Source: Eubacterium sp. (GTDB lineage Bacteria > Bacillota > Clostridia > Oscillospirales > Acutalibacteraceae). Taken from it: a DNA stretch of 64,000 nt. Below, piece by piece: positions 57,240-64,000 of the stretch (the first letter of the stretch is position 1; each line of letters starts with the position of its first letter). Made by a program: the position numbers and the translations under genes. The stretch spans positions 24,202 to 88,201 of the forward strand of contig JAFLRY010000004.1 of NCBI GenBank assembly GCA_022511205.1, written 5' to 3'. Below the pieces are notes generated by a model that had not been told where the DNA came from, searched no databases, and saw nothing but the letters and a program-made list of their open reading frames with translations.

Positions 57240-58314
57240 AGCCTGTGATCGTTCCGCCGCCGAGGACGGTGTCGCCGTCATACAAAACCAGCGCCTGACC
57301 TACGGTGATCGCCCGCTGTGGCTCGTCAAAGGTGATCTTAATAGTATTCTCGTCAAGCTGAACAGCGGTGCAGGGCTGTTCCTTCATATTGTATCGCGTT
57401 TTCGCCTTTAGCTTCATCGGCTCGGCAATGGAAGAAACGCTGATGAGGTTTATATCATTGGCTATTACCTCTTTCGTCAAAAGACTTTCGGCGTTTCCGA
57501 GGGTGACAATATTTTTCTCAATATCCTTTGAGCAGACGTAAAGCGGCTCCTTGTAGGCAATGCCAAGCCCCTTTCGCTGACCTATCGTATAGCGGATAAT
57601 TCCGTTGTGCTGGCCGAGGATTTCGCCGTCGGTAGTCACAAAATCGCCCTTGGGATAAGTTTTATTCGCGTGGCCTTCGATGAATTTGGCGTAGTCGCCG
57701 TCCGGCACGAAGCAAATGTCCTGACTGTCCCTCTTTGCGGCATTGATAAAACCGTTTTCCTCGGCGATTTTTCTTATCTCTGATTTTCTGTAATTGCCAA
57801 GGGGGAAACGGATATGCGCAAGCTGCTGCTGCGTGAGAAAATAGAGAACGTAGCTTTGGTCCTTCGTTTCGTCGATTCCCTTTTTCAGCAGGTATCTGCC
57901 GCTTGCCTCATCGTATTCCACGCGGGCGTAGTGTCCCGTAACGACGTAGCCGCATTGCAATTCCTCCGCGCGGTGAAGAAGCGCTTTGAATTTCAGATAG
58001 CGGTTGCAGTCTATACAGGGGTTGGGCGTTCCGCCGCTCTCGTAGGTGGAGATGAATTTTTTAATTACCTTTTCCTCGAAATCGTCCTTGAAATTAAAGA
58101 CGTAATAGGGCATTTTCAGGGAAAAGGCAACGGCACGCGCATCCTCGATATCGTCCAGTGAACAGCAGGTTTTCTCCCTGCTTATGCCGATATCCTCGTT
58201 GTTATAAAGTTTCATCGTAACGCCGAGGCAATCAAAGCCCCGCTCTTTCATCAAATAAGCGGCAACGCTGCTGTCAACGCCGCCGCTCATTGCTATAAGT
58301 GCTTTCTTATCCAT
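57238..58314 (-). CDS. mnmA: tRNA 2-thiouridine(34) synthase
   Basis: IAMSGGVDSSVAA PP-loop, the CNRYLKF region, and the 358-aa MnmA architecture. Confidence 0.92.
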   Translation of the reverse strand: MDKKALIAMSGGVDSSVAAYLMKERGFDCLGVTMKLYNNEDIGISREKTCCSLDDIEDARAVAFSLKMPYYVFNFKDDFEEKVIKKFISTYESGGTPNPCIDCNRYLKFKALLHRAEELQCGYVVTGHYARVEYDEASGRYLLKKGIDETKDQSYVLYFLTQQQLAHIRFPLGNYRKSEIRKIAEENGFINAAKRDSQDICFVPDGDYAKFIEGHANKTYPKGDFVTTDGEILGQHNGIIRYTIGQRKGLGIAYKEPLYVCSKDIEKNIVTLGNAESLLTKEVIANDINLISVSSIAEPMKLKAKTRYNMKEQPCTAVQLDENTIKITFDEPQRAITVGQALVLYDGDTVLGGGTITG

Positions 58315-58326
58315 ACAGATCGCAGC

Positions 58327-59244
58327 TTATCCTCCGTATTCGATCATTTTATCAATGCATTTTTTCGCTTTAAGGCGTGTCTCCTCGTCTATCTCGATAT
58401 CCTCGCCGAACTCGTCATTGCAGCAGGCAAGCACGTCCGGCAGGGTGGTGATCTTCATATTGTGGCAAACAAGATCCTTTGAGAGAGGATAGAATTTCTT
58501 ATCGGGGCAGTCGTATTGCAAATGCTCCGCAATGCTGTTTTCCGTGCCGATGATAAATTCCTTCGCCTCGCTCTTTTTGGCGAAATCCATAATGCCGCTG
58601 GTGGAGCCGATGTATTCAGCCTTTTCCCAAACCTCCGGCATACATTCAGGGTGAACCAGCAGAAGCGCGTCGGGATGCTCAGCCTTTGCGGCGTTAACGT
58701 GCTTTGAGGAAACGCGGCAGTGGGTGGGACAGCCGCCCGAAACAAGCTTGATATTCTTATCGGGGCACTGCTGCTTAACGAAGGTGCCGAGATTGATATC
58801 GGGGATAAAGAGGATATCCTTTTCAGGCATAGCGTTGATAATTTTAACCGCCGATGATGATGTAACGCACACGTCGCAGATCGTTTTCAGTTGGGCGGTG
58901 GTGTTTATGTAGGCAACCACCTTGAAGCCCGGATTCATCTCTTTAAGCTGCTCGATAAGCTCGTTATCCATTTGCTCCGCCATGGGGCAGCCCGCGTCCT
59001 TGTTCACGAGGATAACGCGCTTTTCGGGGGAGAGTATCTTAACCGTCTCCGCCATAAAGCGCACGCCGCACATAATAACCGTTTTGTTGGGTACCTGCGC
59101 CGCCTTAACGGAAAGAGCGTAGGAATCGCCCACGAAATCGGCGATCTCCGTGATCTCCCGCGCCTGATAGGAATGGGCGAGAATGCATATATCCTTCTCC
59201 GCTTTTACGCGGAGTATCTCCTGTTGCATTTCAAAAACTGTCAT
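58327..59244 (-). CDS. nadA: Quinolinate synthase
   Basis: 305 aa with conserved ILAHSYQ, MAETVKIL and HPEC segments and the Cys ligands. Confidence 0.9.
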   Translation of the reverse strand: MTVFEMQQEILRVKAEKDICILAHSYQAREITEIADFVGDSYALSVKAAQVPNKTVIMCGVRFMAETVKILSPEKRVILVNKDAGCPMAEQMDNELIEQLKEMNPGFKVVAYINTTAQLKTICDVCVTSSSAVKIINAMPEKDILFIPDINLGTFVKQQCPDKNIKLVSGGCPTHCRVSSKHVNAAKAEHPDALLLVHPECMPEVWEKAEYIGSTSGIMDFAKKSEAKEFIIGTENSIAEHLQYDCPDKKFYPLSKDLVCHNMKITTLPDVLACCNDEFGEDIEIDEETRLKAKKCIDKMIEYGG

Positions 59245-59345
59245 AATATCGTCCTCTTAATCAAGTTTGTAATTTATTAGAGTATAACATTATTGATTAC
59301 TAATTGCAATAATTGTGATGTATTTAACAACCCTCGTTTTGTACA

Positions 59346-59381
59346 TAAAAACAAAATGCCCGGATTTGCTCCGAGCATTTT
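59346..59381 (-). terminator. Intrinsic terminator after the 117-aa gene
   Basis: Stem aaatgcccgga / tccgagcattt (one mismatch) followed by a T-run on the minus strand. Confidence 0.65.
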
Positions 59382-59388
59382 ATTTCAA

Positions 59389-59742
59389 TTAAGCTAATTT
59401 ATATAGCGTGCCTGTATCTTTGCCTACGATTTCAAATGTTCTGTAATTGTCACCGTCAAGAAGTGATTTCAACAACCTGCCCGCGTCAATAGCTGCACTT
59501 TTATAGGCTTCTTCTTTGCTTTTCCCTTCCTTAATGTAATAATCATAAAGTTTTTGCATAGGCGTGCCGTTCCAATTTCCGTTATCACCGCCAAACAGAA
59601 TGCGTGCAGAAAACGGCTCATCTTTTTTTATATTGCAAAAGGCATAAACCGCACCCTGCATATATACTTTTATGATTTCAATATCAACAGGTAAAAGGTC
59701 TGCTGATATTTTGTATATCTTTTTATGATTGTTTTTTATCAT
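59389..59742 (-). CDS. Hypothetical 117-aa protein
   Basis: Clean ORF 36 nt downstream of the collagen/LRR gene on the same strand, with its own terminator. I recognise no motif. Confidence 0.4.
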   Translation of the reverse strand: MIKNNHKKIYKISADLLPVDIEIIKVYMQGAVYAFCNIKKDEPFSARILFGGDNGNWNGTPMQKLYDYYIKEGKSKEEAYKSAAIDAGRLLKSLLDGDNYRTFEIVGKDTGTLYKLA

Positions 59743-59778
59743 AATATTCTCTCTTTTTCATATATTATATGCTACATA

Positions 59779-62229
59779 TTAGACGTGAGTCCAATCTGAT
59801 TCAAACCAGTTTTGTTCGCTGTAATTAAAAATAGTAACTGTTCCACTTCCCGAAGCATGGCGGACTTGATTATATCCAACCTCTATTTTAACCGGTCTCC
59901 TTAAGGCGTTGGCGGCATCTTCAGCATTGGACAATGAGTAAGTACGCGTGCTTCTACTTGTGCCACTTGAAGCGGTATTAGCTGTGTAATTGTATTCCAA
60001 CGGTGTTCCGCCACATAGCCAATTGTCTGTTACTTCAAAAGTTACTTGAAGTATACCGCTTTGATAAAATGCATATTTTCCAATATATTTTACACTTTGA
60101 GGAATTGTTACAGATGTTATTGAATAACAGTTGCTGAATGACAATCGCCCTATTTTTTGTAAAGAATTTGGGAAAGATATTGATTCAAGAGCAGGACAAT
60201 CATAAAATGCTAAATCACCAATAGTTGTTATTGTTTGAGGAATTGAGATCGATGTTAGTGAAGTAAGGGATGTAAATCCGTTGCTTAAAATTTGAGTAAC
60301 TTCTTTTTCATTGTGCATTTCAGGAATTTCTATCATTTTGCAATTCTTTGCCGCTCCACCTGCTTTTACGCCATAAGTGTCATCATCAAGCAAAATGAAT
60401 TCCAGGATATTATCTGACAAATCAGATCCACTTACACTACCGAGATTATCGCTTTTACCGTCTGTGTAATAGATGATAAGTTCACCGTTAACAAGCTCTG
60501 TTTTGGCAATACCTCTGCCCGGGTCACCTTTATCGCCCTGCACGCCGGTATCGCCTTTCGCGCCGGTATCACCTTTCTCTCCCTTTAGCTCTTCCTTAAA
60601 CTCCTCCAGCCATTCTTCCTCGCTCGTTGCGTTGGTCTTTCCGTATTTCTTTGCGATCTCATAGGCGGACAGTCCGTCGTCGCCGTCTTTTCCGGGCGCG
60701 CCGTCTGCACCGTTCTTGCCGTCAGCACCCTTGATATTGCCAAGATTTAATACAGTACCGTTATCAAGAGTAACGGTCAACGCGCCTTCTTTGGAAACGG
60801 TTACGTTTTTGATTCCTACACCGTCCCTGCCGTCTTTGCCGTTAACACCGTCAGCGCCTTTGTCACCCTTTTCGCCTTTAGCACCATCTATACCGTTGAT
60901 ACCGTTTGTGCCGTCTTTTCCGTCCTTTCCTACGATCCGACCAAGGTTGATCGTTTGATTATCGGAAAACGTTAAAACAAGCTCACCGTTAGTATTGATA
61001 TTCACGTTGCTGATACCGATTCCGTCTTGACCGTCCCGTCCGTCAGTACCGTTCAAGCCGTCCTTGCCATCAATACCGTTTGCGCCGTCAATACCGTTTA
61101 TGCCATCAATTCCGTCGCGACCGTCTTTACCTACAACGTTTCCGAGATTAGCTGACGTTCCGTTATCAAATATTATTATAAGCTCGCCGTTTTCGTTTAT
61201 TTCTGTTCTTGAAATGGCGTTATTACCATCTACTCCGTCCTTACCGTTTTCGCCTACAACCTTGCCAAGATTTGCAGTTGCACCGTCCGAGTAAGTAATA
61301 ATAAGCTCGCCGAAATCATTGATACTGGTTTCTGTAATTCCTATGCCATCAGCTCCGTTAACACCGTCAGCTCCGTTAATACCATCTGCGCCGTTGACGC
61401 CGTCCTTGCCGTCTGCGCCTTTTATAGCGCCGAGATTTAAGGTTGTGCCATTGGATAAAGTAATATTAAGATTGCCGTCCTCGGTAATAACGATTGAGAG
61501 AATGCCGATACCGTCTTGTCCGTCTTTACCGTCAAAACCATTCTTGCCATCAACGCCGTTCATGCCGTCTTTACCGTTAATTCCATCAATGCCGTTCGTG
61601 CCTACGATTTTATCAAGGTTAACCGTAGAGCCGTCAGAAAATGCAAGGATAAGCTGACCGGCCTCATTAACACTTGCCGATGAGATACCTTTGCCTTCTT
61701 GACCGTCCTTGCCGTCTATGCCATTCGTGCCGTTGACACCGTTAGTTCCGTTTATGCCGTCTTTACCATTCTTTCCGTTTGCTCCGTCTTTACCGTCAGA
61801 GCCCGCAACCTTACCAACATTTATAGTAGTTCCGTCTGAAAGGGTAATGATAAATTCGCCCTTTGATGAAAATTCAGCATTTGCAATGCTTGCACTGTTT
61901 TGATTTGAAACGTTGGCAACTGCCTTGTTCCATTCAGCTTCAGTTCCCGTATAGCCGTTTTCAACTGCGATTTCATATGCTGATTTGCCGCCAAGGGATT
62001 TCAGCCAATCTTCAAGATTTCCGGTATATCCTTGCTCTACCGCAAGCTCATATGCCGATAAGCCGTTTTTGATCTCCCCGGAAGCGGGCAGAGTTCCGGT
62101 TTTGTGTACGATATTCGCTACGATAAAATCAATGCCTATCATAAGTAAAATAGTCACAACAAAGCATAATAATTTTATGAAAAATTTATTCTTTCGTTTT
62201 TGGTTATTAGAAGCAGTTTGAGTATCCAT
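59779..62229 (-). CDS. Membrane-anchored collagen-triple-helix-repeat protein with tail-fibre-like motifs and C-terminal BspA-type leucine-rich repeats
   Basis: N-terminal TM anchor (FFIKLLCFVVTILLMIGIDFIV), SAYELAV/SAYEIAV...GYTGTEAEW motifs, eight G-X-Y tracts alternating with conserved 25-29-aa units, and C-terminal LRRs (ISIPQTITTIGDLAFYDC..., VTIPQSVKYIGKYAFYQS). Confidence 0.75.
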   Translation of the reverse strand: MDTQTASNNQKRKNKFFIKLLCFVVTILLMIGIDFIVANIVHKTGTLPASGEIKNGLSAYELAVEQGYTGNLEDWLKSLGGKSAYEIAVENGYTGTEAEWNKAVANVSNQNSASIANAEFSSKGEFIITLSDGTTINVGKVAGSDGKDGANGKNGKDGINGTNGVNGTNGIDGKDGQEGKGISSASVNEAGQLILAFSDGSTVNLDKIVGTNGIDGINGKDGMNGVDGKNGFDGKDGQDGIGILSIVITEDGNLNITLSNGTTLNLGAIKGADGKDGVNGADGINGADGVNGADGIGITETSINDFGELIITYSDGATANLGKVVGENGKDGVDGNNAISRTEINENGELIIIFDNGTSANLGNVVGKDGRDGIDGINGIDGANGIDGKDGLNGTDGRDGQDGIGISNVNINTNGELVLTFSDNQTINLGRIVGKDGKDGTNGINGIDGAKGEKGDKGADGVNGKDGRDGVGIKNVTVSKEGALTVTLDNGTVLNLGNIKGADGKNGADGAPGKDGDDGLSAYEIAKKYGKTNATSEEEWLEEFKEELKGEKGDTGAKGDTGVQGDKGDPGRGIAKTELVNGELIIYYTDGKSDNLGSVSGSDLSDNILEFILLDDDTYGVKAGGAAKNCKMIEIPEMHNEKEVTQILSNGFTSLTSLTSISIPQTITTIGDLAFYDCPALESISFPNSLQKIGRLSFSNCYSITSVTIPQSVKYIGKYAFYQSGILQVTFEVTDNWLCGGTPLEYNYTANTASSGTSRSTRTYSLSNAEDAANALRRPVKIEVGYNQVRHASGSGTVTIFNYSEQNWFESDWTHV
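60430..61884 (-). repeat. Intragenic tandem mosaic repeat (collagen G-X-Y tracts plus beta-unit modules)
   Basis: Recurrent GGN-GAY/AAY-GGN codon periodicity (plus strand shows gccgtc/accgtt repeats). Eight copies of the unit I..v.I.e.GeLiit.SDGt..NLG.v.G. Confidence 0.8.
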
Positions 62230-62351
62230 ATTCTTCCTCCTAAATATTATTTGAATTTATTATAATACTCAAATTGCAGATTGTCAACGCAAATAGCGTT
62301 TTACAAAGAAATATTATTCTCTTTCATTTAAAATCATAAGTAGGTGATATT

Positions 62352-62696
62352 ATGAGCTTTGGAAATAATTTGCGTACTTTAATTGAAGAACGAAATCTAA
62401 CTCAAAAGGAACTGGCTAAAAAGCTTAATATAGCTCCGTCTACAATGGGTAGTTATGTTCAAAATACAAGAGAACCCGATTTCAATACGTTAAAATTGTT
62501 TGCGGAATACTTTGATGTTTCAACTGATTACCTTTTAGATCATAATTCAAATCAAACCTTCAGTCATCAGGAGGATGAATTGCTGCGAATTTTTCGATCG
62601 TTATCTTCCACTCAAAAAGATATTTGTATTGAGCAATGCAAAGCGTTTGTAAAGATAAATTACAGGGAAAAAGAAGAAACGGCAAAATCATCATAG
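62352..62696 (+). CDS. XRE-family helix-turn-helix transcriptional regulator
   Basis: NLRTLIEERNLTQKELAKKLNIAPSTMGSYVQNTREP is a classic HTH_3 motif. Divergent from the collagen/LRR gene. Confidence 0.85.
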   Translation: MSFGNNLRTLIEERNLTQKELAKKLNIAPSTMGSYVQNTREPDFNTLKLFAEYFDVSTDYLLDHNSNQTFSHQEDELLRIFRSLSSTQKDICIEQCKAFVKINYREKEETAKSS

Positions 62697-62725
62697 TAGA
62701 TTTTAAAAATTATAGTAATCAATAA

Positions 62726-62765
62726 AAACAAATGCGGCGAGATTTTCTCGCCGCATTTGTTTGAT
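62726..62765 (+). terminator. Intrinsic terminator after the XRE gene
   Basis: 16-bp stem aaacaaatgcggcgag / ctcgccgcatttgttt. Confidence 0.8.
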
Positions 62766-62866
62766 ATATTATTTCATTATTACCTGTGCAATGCAATAAC
62801 AGATTTTATAAATCGTCTGCTTTGCAGACCCTATTCTCTTCTCTTTTCACTTCTTCACTCTTCACT

Positions 62867-62906
62867 AAAACAAAATGCTCCCCGAAATAGGGGAGCTGTT
62901 TGTTTT
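62867..62906 (-). terminator. Intrinsic terminator after iscU/nifU
   Basis: Stem gctcccc / ggggagc, extended by flanking aaaacaaa / tttgtttt. Abuts the stop codon. Confidence 0.65.
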
Positions 62907-63336
62907 AATGTCCGCAGCCCTCGCAGTGAGCGCAATCGGTGGGGAACATAGCAGGATCATAAGGGATATTATTCTTATCATAATAATCCTTAACCGCCGC
63001 CTTAACCGCTTCCTCAGCGAGAACAGAGCAGTGAAGCTTGTGCGCCGGCAGGCCGTCGAGAGCCTCAACTACTGCCTTGTTTGAAAGCTCAAGCGCCTCT
63101 TCGATCTTTTTTCCCTTGATCATCTCCGTTGCCATTGATGAGGTAGCAATGGCAGAGCCGCAGCCGAAGGTGTTGAACTTAACGTCTGTAATAACGCCGT
63201 CCTCAACCTTAAGGTAAATTTTCATGATGTCTCCGCAAACGGCGTTGCCTACTTCGCCCACGCCGTCAGCATCGTCCATTTTGCCAACGTTTCTCGGATT
63301 CTGGAAATGATCCATAACCTTTTCACTATATAACAT
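62905..63336 (-). CDS. iscU: Fe-S cluster assembly scaffold protein (NifU/IscU type)
   Basis: NPRNVG..., [15 protein letters not shown] and LPAHKLHCS motifs. 143 aa. Confidence 0.9.
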   Translation of the reverse strand: MLYSEKVMDHFQNPRNVGKMDDADGVGEVGNAVCGDIMKIYLKVEDGVITDVKFNTFGCGSAIATSSMATEMIKGKKIEEALELSNKAVVEALDGLPAHKLHCSVLAEEAVKAAVKDYYDKNNIPYDPAMFPTDCAHCEGCGH

Positions 63337-64000
63337 GATCCATCTCTCCTTTTGTAAGTGATTCCCAAACGGGTGATATGTTTCTCAAATATTCAACGAT
63401 CCCCGGAACGGTATCGATGATATATTCAATTTCCTCAGGTGTGTTTTCCTCGCAGATGGAAAGTCTCAGCGAGCCGTGGGCAACCTCGTGGGGCAGACCG
63501 ATCGCCAGCAGAACGTGGCTGGGGTCAAGTGATCCGGAGGTGCAGGCAGAGCCGCTGGAGGCTTCGATTCCCTTCGCGTCAAGGAGAAGCAGCAGGCTTT
63601 CGCCTTCTATGCCCTCAAAGCACATATTGACGTTGCCGGGAAGTCTCTTAACGGGATCGCCGTTGAGAACGGAGTGGGGAATAGCGGATAAGCCCTCAAT
63701 AAGCCTGTCGCGAAGCTTTGATACGTATTCGGTGTTCTTATCAATGGCGTTGCAGGCATCGTCAAGCGCCTTGGCAAGACCAAGTATAGCGGGGAGATTT
63801 TCCGTTCCCGCGCGCTTACCGCGCTCCTGAGCGCCGCCCTCAATAAGATTCTGAAGCAGTATGCCCTTTCTGCAATAGAGCGCGCCAACACCCTTCGGTC
63901 CGTGGAACTTGTGGGCGGAAAGGGAGAGCATATCAATGTTCATCGCCTTAACGTCTATCTTGATATGACCTGCCGCCTGAACAGCGTCCGTGTGGAAAAG
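63326..64000 (-). CDS. nifS: Cysteine desulfurase (NifS/IscS type), 5'-truncated by the window edge
   Basis: [12 protein letters not shown] (PLP lysine) and SSGSACTSG (catalytic Cys loop). The frame stays open to nt 64000 ([17 protein letters not shown]...). Confidence 0.9.
   Translation of the reverse strand, partial: LFHTDAVQAAGHIKIDVKAMNIDMLSLSAHKFHGPKGVGALYCRKGILLQNLIEGGAQERGKRAGTENLPAILGLAKALDDACNAIDKNTEYVSKLRDRLIEGLSAIPHSVLNGDPVKRLPGNVNMCFEGIEGESLLLLLDAKGIEASSGSACTSGSLDPSHVLLAIGLPHEVAHGSLRLSICEENTPEEIEYIIDTVPGIVEYLRNISPVWESLTKGEMDHVI

Noticed and set aside
60716-61903. Pro/Ser/Leu-rich plus-strand ORFs (PSAPLTPSAPLIPSAPL...) at 60716-60958, 61064-61294, 61319-61657 and 61709-61903.
   Set aside because: They are the antisense reading of the GGN-GAY/AAY collagen codon repeats in the 816-aa minus-strand gene. 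That gene has a proper start, TM anchor, SD and terminator.
1-64000. Scanned for CRISPR arrays, tRNA/rRNA genes, transposases, integrases, and flanking direct repeats around the AT-rich islets.
   Set aside because: I found no regularly spaced direct repeats, no tRNA-like T-arm/acceptor sequences in the intergenic regions, and no recombinase-like ORFs. The islets therefore cannot be called mobile elements from this window alone.

Overview
This window looks like a chromosomal segment of a spore-forming Firmicute, probably Clostridia-like. Supporting signs are an alpha/beta-type SASP gene, the rpmG-secE-nusG-rplKAJL order, and an mreBCD-PBP2 block. It is densely coding (about 60 CDS). I saw no rRNA, tRNA, CRISPR array, transposase or integrase.

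Core content, left to right:
- two FAD-dependent oxidoreductases
- the rpmG-secE-nusG-rplK-rplA / L10-leader-rplJ-rplL ribosomal block
- a LOG-family gene
- a hexuronate module (uxaC-kdgK-eda)
- a long minus-strand run: mreB-mreC-mreD-PBP2-mgsA-hisS-aspS-HD hydrolase
- a polysaccharide deacetylase, prfB, galU, a CPBP protease, tadA, an alpha-galactosidase
- sigma and anti-sigma genes, an AraC/GyrI regulator
- rlmH, an MBL hydrolase, murA
- nadB-nadC and nadA, separated from each other by a DUF4091-like gene and mnmA
- iscU and a partial nifS

Main finding: an 11-kb, nine-gene operon at 34845-46176 follows the logic of transaldolase-type sulfoglycolysis (sulfo-TAL). It encodes a YihQ-like GH31 glycosidase, a small transaldolase, a YihU-like reductase, a DUF4867-like cupin, a FucI-like isomerase, a TauE exporter and a GPH importer. 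Three parts are unexplained: an apparent Arg-to-Gln change in the sulfonate pocket of the GH31, a cytoplasmic 832-aa enzyme with GH38/GH57-like features, and an HGGG/GDSAG esterase.

Other accessory-looking, visibly AT-richer patches:
- an APH(3')-like / DinB-like / GNAT islet next to a stand-alone 28-codon micro-gene that has its own consensus promoter
- a GNAT-methyltransferase-GNAT trio
- an islet between nadA and iscU carrying an XRE regulator and an 816-aa membrane-anchored collagen-repeat/LRR protein

All functional calls come from reading the translated ORFs for motifs and from gene context. No database search was possible.
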